In this document: positions 18,884-27,349 of the stretch, piece after piece
How positions within the stretch are numbered: the first letter of the stretch is position 1
Layout of the letters: the number at the start of each line of letters is the position of its first letter
Virus record (IMG/VR): IMGVR_UViG_3300032318_000902
Span: 1-35,124 of that record
Direction: 5' to 3' (one strand)
Length of the DNA stretch: 35,124 bases
Origin: a virus
Taxonomy: Duplodnaviria; Caudoviricetes
Made by a program: the position numbers and the translations under genes
Notes under the pieces: model-generated
The model's database searches: none
Told to the model about the DNA's origin: nothing
The model's input: the letters and a program-made list of their open reading frames with translations, nothing else

Positions 18884-19867
18884 ATGCCAATAACAGAGGT
18901 AAGCCAATTAGACGTATCCTTCAGAGGTACGGAGGCGAATAACATATTTTTAGAGCCAGTTTTCTTTGACGATGATTTAAGGGGTCAATTTCGTATCCTC
19001 GGTAACGTTGCCAATAAAAAGAAAATGGTTTTCGTTCAGCAACTGGAAAACATTGTAAGAAAATACTCGGGCTGCGGTTTTAACCCCGTGGGCTCGGTGT
19101 CGATTTACGATAGAACAATCGACGTTGAAAAGATGAAGGTTGATTTAGAAATGTGCTGGGATGAATTTGAAGACACGGTTTTTGAGGAGTTGTTGAAAAC
19201 GGGTACGCGTCTTCCAGATGTTTCGGGTACGTTGATTGAAAACATTCTATTGACCCGTACACAACAGGCAATTCGTCAAGACGTTCAACGCTTAAGCTAC
19301 TTCGGTCAGCAGTCATCTAATAATCCAAACTATGATGCTTTAGACGGTCTTTGGACTGTTTATTATCCTGAGTTGGTTACCAATGCCTTAGTGCCAAGAA
19401 CAAACACGGGATCAGGTTCAGACCTTGCTTCGGGTGATGGTTTTGCAATCCTTAGGGCTATTTATGACCAAGCACCTTTGCAGTTAAAAGGTTTACCAGC
19501 GGCACAAAAAGTGTTTAATGTTACTGGTTCTGTTTACACTCAGCTTCGTGAAGACATTGAAGAAGGTGGCGGCGGTGACTACGGTCTATTGCAATTAATC
19601 AACGGGGTTGAGCAATTTACGTTCCGTGGTGTTCCTGTTGTTGCTCAATGGAGATGGGATGAGATTTTAACAAATCTTGGAACAACTAAGCCTCACTATG
19701 TGGAATATACAACGCCACAAAACAAGGTGCTTGCAACCGACGTGTTAAGCCCTGAGACGGCTTTAGAACTTTGGTACGACCAGAAAGACGAAAAGGTATA
19801 TATTAAGGCTCGTTTTAAAATGGGTGTTAATTATATTCACCATTCATTAATTAGCTTAGGCTACTAA
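18884..19867 (+). CDS. Major capsid protein
   Basis: 327 aa downstream of the protease/scaffold. Contains CGFNPVGSVSIYDRTIDVEKMKVDLEMC, DGLW and VYIKARFKMGVNY, consistent with an HK97-fold capsid. Confidence 0.85.
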   Translation: MPITEVSQLDVSFRGTEANNIFLEPVFFDDDLRGQFRILGNVANKKKMVFVQQLENIVRKYSGCGFNPVGSVSIYDRTIDVEKMKVDLEMCWDEFEDTVFEELLKTGTRLPDVSGTLIENILLTRTQQAIRQDVQRLSYFGQQSSNNPNYDALDGLWTVYYPELVTNALVPRTNTGSGSDLASGDGFAILRAIYDQAPLQLKGLPAAQKVFNVTGSVYTQLREDIEEGGGGDYGLLQLINGVEQFTFRGVPVVAQWRWDEILTNLGTTKPHYVEYTTPQNKVLATDVLSPETALELWYDQKDEKVYIKARFKMGVNYIHHSLISLGY

Positions 19868-19877
19868 TCAATAAAGA

Positions 19878-20426
19878 ATGAGTTCAATAACAAGCGGTTG
19901 GCTTAACCAATGCGTCGATGGAACTTGCGCTGGTGGTATCGGTAAACTTTATATCGCCAATGCGAATCAAGTTACCAGTATCACCACCAATGCCACGGCG
20001 GCGGTTACGGCAATCACAATGTCTTCCACGGCTTCAGTATTTTACGAGGTGGAATTTAGGGACAACTCAGGCGCGTTCACGGAAACGGTAACGCAAGACC
20101 CTGATACTTTATCGGTTGCCGTTGAGCAAAGTTTGGTTGGTGTCATTAATTGCCGTGACCAGGAATTGCGTAACCTTATTCAAGATATGGCAAATCAGGC
20201 TTGCGGCTTAGTTTGTGTTCACGTTGAAAACACGGGCAACTATTGGATCTGGGGCGCTGAGACGATTGGGGCAAAGAAAAGACCAGCAAGGTTAACAAAT
20301 GTCGAAGGTTTGTCAGGTGCTTTGTTTACCGATTCAAACCAAGAAACATTGACGATTGCATGCCGAACAACGGAAAAAGCAAGATTTATTGTTAATGGCG
20401 CAACCGTAATGGCTGCATTAGATTAA
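19878..20426 (+). CDS. Major tail (tube) protein
   Basis: 182 aa with C..GGIGKLYIA, SGAFTET, VHVENTGNYWIWG and SGALFTDSNQETLT, a pattern I associate with Bacteroidota siphophage tail tubes. Confidence 0.7.
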   Translation: MSSITSGWLNQCVDGTCAGGIGKLYIANANQVTSITTNATAAVTAITMSSTASVFYEVEFRDNSGAFTETVTQDPDTLSVAVEQSLVGVINCRDQELRNLIQDMANQACGLVCVHVENTGNYWIWGAETIGAKKRPARLTNVEGLSGALFTDSNQETLTIACRTTEKARFIVNGATVMAALD

Positions 20427-20432
20427 TAAACA

Positions 20433-20657
20433 ATGATAGTCAGGGAAAAAAGTAAGTTGATGATTTACGTCGGGGCTGATCCAACGGGAAAGGCGGGAAT
20501 ACTTAAAAAGGCTATCGGAGATTTTACACAAGCAGAATTAAGGGGTTGGTATAGTGCCAGCCCCGCATCTGTTAGCCAACACGTCATTTTTACTCCTGAG
20601 AAAAAAACCTATGAGCCAAATAAAGAAAACGATTCAAGCGACACCGAACAGGGGTAA
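20433..20657 (+). CDS. Hypothetical protein
   Basis: 74-aa ORF after an A-rich translation initiation region. Its end overlaps the portal start. Confidence 0.6.
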   Translation: MIVREKSKLMIYVGADPTGKAGILKKAIGDFTQAELRGWYSASPASVSQHVIFTPEKKTYEPNKENDSSDTEQG

Positions 20658-22041
20658 TAGAAATTTAAAAAGAAATCAAAGCCCTTTATTGGCTTCGGTG
20701 ACTTTAGATACCTCAAACACTATGTTAGTGCAAGAGGACATTTTCAATGAACCTTCAAGGGAGCGGCTTGATTTCACGGGGGCAAAGTGGGTAAGATTTT
20801 TCACTCAGAAAGATGACTTTCTTAAAAGTTTAATAGCCATCGTAAATAATTCGCCAACACTTAGGCGTATTATTGAGGATAAAGTAAACATGGTTGTAGG
20901 TGACGGATTTATCCCTATGAAAGGGAAATCTAACACATTACTTACAACCTCAATGAAAGGCGAAGTAATAACCGATGATTCCTTAAACGATATTGAGGAA
21001 GTTATAGGTCAGGTCAATTTACATTCCCAAAATTTACAAGAAGTATTAGGTGCTTTGGCTTTTGATTACGATGCTTTTGGTAATTGTTTTGCAGAAATTG
21101 TAAGGGGAAAGGTTGGCAGTCAGCCTTTCACTTACATTTATCATGTACCCGTTTACAACATTGGCATCAGAAAAGCCGAGGCTGACCAGATAATTCGTTC
21201 TATTGGCATTTATGACAACTGGGAAGAAGTGCCGTTGACGACCGAGGGCACGTACTACGAGAACGAAGGCTTTAGGGAAATACCAATTTATCCTGATTTT
21301 AAGAAATTGGAAGACGGAACGGAGCGTTCAATTATCCACGTTAAGCAATACGCGGCTGGGTATTTTTACTTTGGTTTACCTGAGTGGATTGGCGCGAAGA
21401 TGTGGGCTGAAATGGAATACCGTATTCAGCGGTTTAATACAAGCAAGTTTGAAAATGGCTTCATGCCGTCGGGTATATTACAGTTCTTCGGTTCAATGAC
21501 GCAGACGGAAGCCAAAAGCCTTGTTGAGGGAATTGAATCAAAGTTTACAGGCATGGGCAACAATCATAAATTGTTTGTCCAGATTTTACGAGATGAAAAA
21601 TTAAAAGCAAATTGGATTCCCACGTCAAAAGAAAACGAGGGCGAATTTTTAAACTTGCAAAACTTGGCAGCCTCAGCGATTGTCGTGGCTAACCGATGGA
21701 GCAAGTCACTTGCGGGCTTTGCAACGTCGGGACAACTTGGCACTAATCAGCAGATACGTCAAGAAATGGAATACTTGCAAAACACGGTTATTAAGCCGAG
21801 ACAAAACCTTTTGTTATCAAAGATTATTAACCCATATTTAAACGAAATAAGCGCGTATAATCCAGCGTTTGTTGACGTTACCTTTGGCATTTCTAACACT
21901 TTGCCCGTGTCCTTCATGGGTGATATTGCGGTTGAGCAGAATTTGTCAATGAATGAGAAAAGAGAAATATTAGGTTATTCCCCTATCGAAATAGAAACAA
22001 CAATAACACCAACCAATGAGCCAACTGATACAACCGAGTGA
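20611..22041 (+). CDS. Portal protein
   Basis: ATG 20611 is preferred over GTG 20554. Contains NNSPTLRRII, DYDAFGNCFAEI, YFGLPEW, FENGFMPSGI and EKREILGY. Confidence 0.88.
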   Translation: MSQIKKTIQATPNRGNRNLKRNQSPLLASVTLDTSNTMLVQEDIFNEPSRERLDFTGAKWVRFFTQKDDFLKSLIAIVNNSPTLRRIIEDKVNMVVGDGFIPMKGKSNTLLTTSMKGEVITDDSLNDIEEVIGQVNLHSQNLQEVLGALAFDYDAFGNCFAEIVRGKVGSQPFTYIYHVPVYNIGIRKAEADQIIRSIGIYDNWEEVPLTTEGTYYENEGFREIPIYPDFKKLEDGTERSIIHVKQYAAGYFYFGLPEWIGAKMWAEMEYRIQRFNTSKFENGFMPSGILQFFGSMTQTEAKSLVEGIESKFTGMGNNHKLFVQILRDEKLKANWIPTSKENEGEFLNLQNLAASAIVVANRWSKSLAGFATSGQLGTNQQIRQEMEYLQNTVIKPRQNLLLSKIINPYLNEISAYNPAFVDVTFGISNTLPVSFMGDIAVEQNLSMNEKREILGYSPIEIETTITPTNEPTDTTE

Positions 22042-22555
22042 AGTAATAGCTGGCGGCGTGGCACGACCAACCCCAGCGGATATAAGAATAGATAAGTCAC
22101 TTATTAGCCCTCACATTCAAGATGCAGAATATCGTTGGATTGTGCCTGCCGTTGGCTTAACGTTTTACGATACCCTTGTTTCGGACAAAGGAAGTTCCAC
22201 GGCGTTTACCTCAACGGCTTACCAGCAACTATGGGACAGTCAATTAAAATCCTTTTGCGCCAATGCCGTCCTATATGAGGCATCTCCATATATTGTAATG
22301 CAGATGGGTTCAAATGGTTTATATACCCTTGATAATGAATACGGTCAAAACGTGGGCGTTGAGGGTTTAAAGTTTTATCAAGATACTTTATTACAAAGGC
22401 TTGACGTAAAGAAAAAAAGGATTAAAGATTATTTGTGTTCATGTGCTACGGGGTTAACGGGTTTTGTTTCAACTGCTATTGGTTGCCCTGATTCAACTTG
22501 CGATGAGCATGAGGAAATAAAAGACATTTATAACACAATGGGAATAGTATTATGA
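22016..22555 (+). CDS. Head-tail adaptor-like protein
   Basis: 179 aa following the portal. Contains PHIQDAEYRWIVPAVGLTFYD and is helical. Confidence 0.6.
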   Translation: MSQLIQPSEVIAGGVARPTPADIRIDKSLISPHIQDAEYRWIVPAVGLTFYDTLVSDKGSSTAFTSTAYQQLWDSQLKSFCANAVLYEASPYIVMQMGSNGLYTLDNEYGQNVGVEGLKFYQDTLLQRLDVKKKRIKDYLCSCATGLTGFVSTAIGCPDSTCDEHEEIKDIYNTMGIVL

Positions 22556-24279
22556 GCGAAGAAATAAAACCAAAGAAAGAAAAACGATTCCTAAAAACAT
22601 TGGGCAAAGTAGGTGAAATTTTATTGCAGGAGGTATTATTAAAACTAGGGAGTAGTATAATTAAAAAGATTGGAGGCAAAAAAACTTTGCCTTCAATTCT
22701 TTTTATATTCCTTTCGTTTACCCTTTTCGCCCAATTCCCAAACACAGGAAATAAACAAAGACTTGGTTTTCAGACCACGGGCGACGGATTGACGTGGCGC
22801 GGGTCAATATCCGACACGGTTTCCATTCAACCGATAAACAACCAAAACGCATGGGTCATTCTCGATACAATCAACCTTAAATTTTATTCATTTGATTTTA
22901 CTTCGAATACTTGGAATGCGTTGCCTCAAGTAACAAATATTGATACAACTTCATTAAGCAATCGGATAAATCTAAAGCTAAATTTAAGCGACACGGCTTC
23001 GATGCTTACAAATTACTTGCGCACAGGAACGGCGGCTTCGACGTATCAAACAATTTTAAGCAACCCAGTCACGGGAACGGGAACAATAAATTATATTCCT
23101 AAATTTACAAGTACGGGAAGTACTATCGGTGATGCAAATTTATTTACAAATGGCAATAGATTTGTTCAAAACGAAAATACAGACCAGTCTTTTGGTTGGG
23201 ATAAAATGCTTAATACATCAAGTCCTTTTTTTGGAAACAATGTAAAAGCTGGAAGTACTAATGAAACAATACAAAGAGTAGCATCAACAACAAATTTCAA
23301 TCCATCTGCTATAATATTTGGATTACAAAGAACAAATAACGGAACTGGGGCAAGTTCTTTAGGTGGTATAAATTTTATGACTACTTCAGGAAATCCTTCA
23401 GGTGATATAAATCCAATAGACTCGTCAAGAATGTTTATCGAGCCAAGAGGTAATATTGGAATAGGTAAAATGCAACCTTATTCATTTGTAAAATTAGATG
23501 TAAATGGAAATTTAGCGGTAAATGGAATTTCTTATAATTTTAATAATGTAAATAATAGAAATGGATATTTATATTTAGATCATGCTGGAGTTCAAGTTTG
23601 GAAAATAGGACTATTTAATGACAATAACAGTACTTTAAGTTTAGGTAATGGAGGTAATTTTAATAGAATATTTAATATAACAAATAATGGAAATATTGGC
23701 ATAAACGATACAACGCCTTCATTTACCTTAGATGTCAATGGCACCCTCGGTGTAACAGGCGCAACGACATTGTCCGCACCTTTGACCGTTAATTCCTCAG
23801 CCGTGTTTAATGAAGGCTCAACCGATTCAGACTTTCGCGTTAAAAGCGACGGCAACGTAAACATGGTTTTCGTGGATGCCTCGACGGATCGCGTGGGCAT
23901 TGGAACAAATGCGCCAACAAAGGAACTTGACGTAAATGGTGAGTTAAGAATTGGCACGGTATCAACAACGCCTTCGGCTTTACTTGGAAAAAACGGGAGC
24001 AATGTGGTGGGTGAGGTTACAAGTGTTAATCAAAGCGGATTCATGTATGTTGCAAAAAGATTAAATAATACTACCGATGCAGCTGGCGAGTTGATTTTTG
24101 CTCATGGTTTATCTTGGACGCCAACAGTTGTATTTTCTCAAGTTTTATACGGAACAAACTTATACATTAATCCAAAATCAGTTGATGGTACAAATATTAC
24201 TTTAAGAGTTTACGATAATGATGGAAATGCAGTTGCAAATACATCTATTAACGCCTTTCAATGGATGGCAATTAAATAA
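22552..24279 (+). CDS. Tail-fibre-like protein with an apparent N-terminal signal peptide
   Basis: Fibre repeats GNIGIG..LDVNG, GNIGINDTTPSFTLDVNG and DRVGIGTNAPTKELDVNG. C-terminal tip FAHGLSWTP...FQWMAIK. aa 43-61 read KKTLPSILFIFLSFTLFA|Q. Confidence 0.75.
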   Translation: MSEEIKPKKEKRFLKTLGKVGEILLQEVLLKLGSSIIKKIGGKKTLPSILFIFLSFTLFAQFPNTGNKQRLGFQTTGDGLTWRGSISDTVSIQPINNQNAWVILDTINLKFYSFDFTSNTWNALPQVTNIDTTSLSNRINLKLNLSDTASMLTNYLRTGTAASTYQTILSNPVTGTGTINYIPKFTSTGSTIGDANLFTNGNRFVQNENTDQSFGWDKMLNTSSPFFGNNVKAGSTNETIQRVASTTNFNPSAIIFGLQRTNNGTGASSLGGINFMTTSGNPSGDINPIDSSRMFIEPRGNIGIGKMQPYSFVKLDVNGNLAVNGISYNFNNVNNRNGYLYLDHAGVQVWKIGLFNDNNSTLSLGNGGNFNRIFNITNNGNIGINDTTPSFTLDVNGTLGVTGATTLSAPLTVNSSAVFNEGSTDSDFRVKSDGNVNMVFVDASTDRVGIGTNAPTKELDVNGELRIGTVSTTPSALLGKNGSNVVGEVTSVNQSGFMYVAKRLNNTTDAAGELIFAHGLSWTPTVVFSQVLYGTNLYINPKSVDGTNITLRVYDNDGNAVANTSINAFQWMAIK

Positions 24280-24285
24280 ACAAAC

Positions 24286-24879
24286 ATGAAAAAAATATTA
24301 TTCCTTTTCCTTTTCCCCTTGTTTTCCTTCGCACAGGATACAATCATTATTAAAAAGGTGTTCATTGACCCAGACACGGTTTGGCAAGTAAAGCAAATCA
24401 CGGATGCCGATAATTCAAGTTTAACCGTGTTTGCAGATTCTAATTTGATTGTCCCATTCCTTACCAACGACTTGGTTGATGATGCACGGAAAATGGCTGA
24501 TGCTTTGAACCTGATTGAAAGGCAAAACAAATTTATTGCCAATGCAATTAAGTTAGACAAATCATTAACCAACGGAAAAATACAGGGTTCTTTTGATTAT
24601 CTGCAAGAGCAATTTAAAAGGTTTTGGCTCGGTAATTATCAAGCCATTGCCAACGGGACAAAGGTTGTGGCGGGTGCTGAAATATTTGTAAATCAAACTG
24701 GAAGCCTGAGGATTAAAATCGGGGAATCTTTAAACAAGCCTTTAGTTATCATTTCAGACACCTATGGTTATATTTCCAATTACCCAAATCAAGGCGATAG
24801 AATGGTGATTTATTTAACGAAGGCAAATGTTTATAAGGACTTTGAAAATAAATTAATCCTGAGAAAATCAAAAGAATGA
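24286..24879 (+). CDS. Putative secreted protein (Sec/SPI signal peptide)
   Basis: MKKILFLFLFPLFSFA|QDTIII is a classic Bacteroidota signal peptide with Gln at +1. No lipobox Cys. Central helical segment. Confidence 0.75.
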   Translation: MKKILFLFLFPLFSFAQDTIIIKKVFIDPDTVWQVKQITDADNSSLTVFADSNLIVPFLTNDLVDDARKMADALNLIERQNKFIANAIKLDKSLTNGKIQGSFDYLQEQFKRFWLGNYQAIANGTKVVAGAEIFVNQTGSLRIKIGESLNKPLVIISDTYGYISNYPNQGDRMVIYLTKANVYKDFENKLILRKSKE

Positions 24880-25280
24880 AAGCAATAATACTAAAACTAT
24901 TACATCAAAGTTATGAGTTCTTTGCCGTGGCATTAACTACGGGCTTTATTTTTTCGTTTATCGTCCCGATAAAAGGATTCCTTTTATTCACGGTCGCGGT
25001 TGTTTTTGCTGATACAATTACGGGAATCAAAGCGGCAAAAAAAGAGGGGCAAAAAATAAGCAGCAAAGGATTGTACCGAACAACGGAAAAGATTGTTGTA
25101 TATTTTGTATCAATCCTTATTTTTGAAGGAGCAAAAAATACTTTTTCAATTCCCGTTCCAATTACTTACATGGTGGCTATGATGATTGCAGGGACTGAGT
25201 TGTTCAGCATTGCAGAAAATGTAAAGCGGATCACTGGCGTTGAACTCGGAACATTAATATCAAGATTTTTTAAACGTTAA
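24876..25280 (+). CDS. Holin (phage holin family 4-like)
   Basis: Multiple TM segments with DTITGIKAA...ISSKGLYRTTEK...ELFSIAENVKRITG. Confidence 0.85.
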   Translation: MKAIILKLLHQSYEFFAVALTTGFIFSFIVPIKGFLLFTVAVVFADTITGIKAAKKEGQKISSKGLYRTTEKIVVYFVSILIFEGAKNTFSIPVPITYMVAMMIAGTELFSIAENVKRITGVELGTLISRFFKR

Positions 25281-25290
25281 AACAAATAAA

Positions 25291-25584
25291 ATGCAGACTA
25301 ATTTAAAAGAAGCCCTAAAATCGGCTGATACTATTAAGTCACCTTTGGGCGACGTGGCTTGTTATTCAATGAACTTTGCGGAGCTGGCTTCGGAAATAAA
25401 TGTTCATCTTGAGGGAAATAAAGTGAAATTCACTTGGCGCGAATACATCCAATTGGCTCAAATCATTTGGGATAAGATTAAGGAGACATCTAAAGAATGT
25501 GCTGGAAAGGAGATTTCAGTGAGTTTACCTCCCAAATTATCAATCGTAGGTATGGCTTTTGCATTGATTGGATTTAAGTTATAG
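25291..25584 (+). CDS. Hypothetical lysis-cassette protein with a hydrophobic C-terminal tail
   Basis: 97 aa between the holin and the endolysin, ending LSIVGMAFALIGFKL. Confidence 0.7.
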   Translation: MQTNLKEALKSADTIKSPLGDVACYSMNFAELASEINVHLEGNKVKFTWREYIQLAQIIWDKIKETSKECAGKEISVSLPPKLSIVGMAFALIGFKL

Positions 25585-25614
25585 GCGCAGAAGAATCGCT
25601 ACCTTAGGCAGCCG

Positions 25615-25642
25615 AGGGGAGTAGATTGATTTCTATTCCCCT
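25615..25642 (+). promoter_or_regulatory. 11-bp stem-loop upstream of the endolysin start
   Basis: AGGGGAGTAGA-ttgatt-TCTATTCCCCT (one G-U pair), 15 nt before ATG 25658. No U-tract. Confidence 0.5.
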
Positions 25643-25657
25643 TAAAAATATAAAAAT

Positions 25658-26320
25658 ATGAAAGCATCTAAATTTTGTGTATTCCTTGACGCGGGCCATG
25701 GAGGCATTGACGCAAAGAAAAAATTACCTTACAATTATACGACGTACCCGTCAAAGTGCGCTCAGCATAACAACGCAAAGTTCCACGGTTACGGTTGGTT
25801 CTTTGAAGGCGTGTTCAACCGCGACGTTGCGGCAAAGATTGAGCAGTATTTAATTGACTGGGGGTTTTCTGTGGTGCGCGTTTACGATCCTGTCTTAGAC
25901 GTTTCATTGACTAAGCGCGTGGCAAAGGCAAATATCAACGCCCAGAATTATGAAGCTTCGTTATACCTCAGCATTCACGGCAACGCGGGAACTTCGCCCA
26001 ATGCAAGGGGATTCGAGGTGTTCACGAGCAAAGGTAAAACAAGGTCGGACATTTACGCGGAGTTCCTTTTCAAAGAGGTTCAGGAAGCATTCCCTAAGTG
26101 GGTGTATCGCATGGATACCACGGACGGCGATAAGGATAAGGAAGAAAGTTTCTTTGTTATTACCCAAACAAATATGCCAGCGGTACTCAGCGAAAACGGC
26201 TTCTTTACAAATTACCACGACGCGCTAATGATGTTTGACCCGGTGTTTCAAAATACGTTGGCTTTGTCTCATGCTCGGGCGGTCGTGGATTATGCGAAAA
26301 CGCAAGGGGTAATATTTTAA
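25658..26320 (+). CDS. Endolysin, N-acetylmuramoyl-L-alanine amidase (Amidase_3)
   Basis: LDAGHGG, E (FFEGVFN), LSIHGNA and PAVLSENGFFTN zinc/catalytic motifs. Confidence 0.93.
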   Translation: MKASKFCVFLDAGHGGIDAKKKLPYNYTTYPSKCAQHNNAKFHGYGWFFEGVFNRDVAAKIEQYLIDWGFSVVRVYDPVLDVSLTKRVAKANINAQNYEASLYLSIHGNAGTSPNARGFEVFTSKGKTRSDIYAEFLFKEVQEAFPKWVYRMDTTDGDKDKEESFFVITQTNMPAVLSENGFFTNYHDALMMFDPVFQNTLALSHARAVVDYAKTQGVIF

Positions 26321-26322
26321 AT

Positions 26323-26350
26323 AAAAAAGGGCTGGTTCAAATGCCAGCCC
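26323..26350 (-). terminator. Rho-independent terminator at the convergence of the two gene blocks
   Basis: GGGCTGG/CCAGCCC stem (26329-26350) followed by T6 on the - strand. Confidence 0.75.
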
Positions 26351-26384
26351 CGATATACACATCAACAATTCAACAAATTAGTAA

Positions 26385-26669
26385 TCAATCAATTATAAGT
26401 TTTATAAGCCTTGCGGCTGATTCTTTCAAAATATCGGTTTCCTTTGAATGATAAAGTTGATAACAAATGCTTATCATTCTTTCTTTATTCATTGATTGAT
26501 AGGTGGGCATCGTCTCAGGAATCAAAGGATTAAGGTAAAAATTTATTACCGATTGCTTGCTATTTACCGTGTCGGCAAAGCGGATCGGAGCTGGGCGCGC
26601 GTTATAACATCTTTGCGCTTCCTTCCATTGTTCATTGGTTAAGCCGTCTGTTATTTCGTTATTTTTCAT
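26385..26669 (-). CDS. Hypothetical protein
   Basis: 94-aa ORF overlapping the upstream gene. Confidence 0.7.
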   Translation of the reverse strand: MKNNEITDGLTNEQWKEAQRCYNARPAPIRFADTVNSKQSVINFYLNPLIPETMPTYQSMNKERMISICYQLYHSKETDILKESAARLIKLIID

Positions 26670-26877
26670 TTGTCTTTGTTTTGTTTAGTTCCTCAATCAA
26701 GGCGTCTGCCGTGTCAACCGCACCTTCAACAATGCGTTCAATTTTAATATCAAGTCCATCTTTGTTGCCTATTATTCCTTGCATTGCCATTGCTGCAAAA
26801 TATTCGCGTTTGGTTAAGCCTTTTAACCATGGTGTATGAATGCTTGCAAAGGCTGGTTCATTTGATTTTGTCTCCAT
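26659..26877 (-). CDS. Conserved small phage protein (GLTKREYFAAMAMQG motif)
   Basis: The GxTxRxYFAAxAMQG...ADALI pattern is common in phage early genes. Confidence 0.75.
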   Translation of the reverse strand: METKSNEPAFASIHTPWLKGLTKREYFAAMAMQGIIGNKDGLDIKIERIVEGAVDTADALIEELNKTKTNEK

Positions 26878-27349
26878 GTTTCATATAATTTTTTGCCATA
26901 AGTGCAAGAAAGAAAGCGTCGATTTCATCTTGACTTATTTTGGTTGGTTTAAAATCTGGTTCAAATTTTAATCTCTCGCTTGCGACCACTCGCATAAAGA
27001 CGTCTTTATTAAACTTTTTACCCTTTGCCTCAGGTGAAATATTGTACGCTTCAAAACCGTTATCCTTAATCCATTCATAAGCAATGCGCGAAGCGGCTTG
27101 ATTCATGCCAACGTTTCGGGACATTCGCGAAAGGATCGCGCGGTTGATTGAATTGTTAAAGGTCACATTTTGAAGACTTGAATCTTCCACCAAAACAATC
27201 GGACTTTCGTATGCTACCCAGGTTATAACGTCGCCAATAAAATCGACAAACCTTTTATACCTTTTAAAAATCATGGTGCGGTCTGCAATTATGCAAACCG
27301 CCATTCCTTTTATTCTTAACGCTGGGTCAACGCCTATCAGTGTCCTCAA
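26858..27349 (-). CDS. RuvC-like Holliday junction resolvase / RNase H-fold nuclease
   Basis: Acidic motifs LIGVDPA, VLVED, NISP and DEIDAFFLA. Confidence 0.75.
   Translation of the reverse strand: MRTLIGVDPALRIKGMAVCIIADRTMIFKRYKRFVDFIGDVITWVAYESPIVLVEDSSLQNVTFNNSINRAILSRMSRNVGMNQAASRIAYEWIKDNGFEAYNISPEAKGKKFNKDVFMRVVASERLKFEPDFKPTKISQDEIDAFFLALMAKNYMKHGDKIK

Noticed and set aside
20554-20657. Possible frameshift fusion of the 74-aa ORF to the portal at the A7 run (20601-20607)
   Set aside because: It would need a +1 shift. The portal has its own ATG right after the A-run, which looks like a normal Bacteroidota initiation region.
22552-24279. Diversity-generating retroelement target in the fibre or lectin genes
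   Set aside because: No reverse transcriptase and no template/variable repeat pair differing at adenines were seen in the window.
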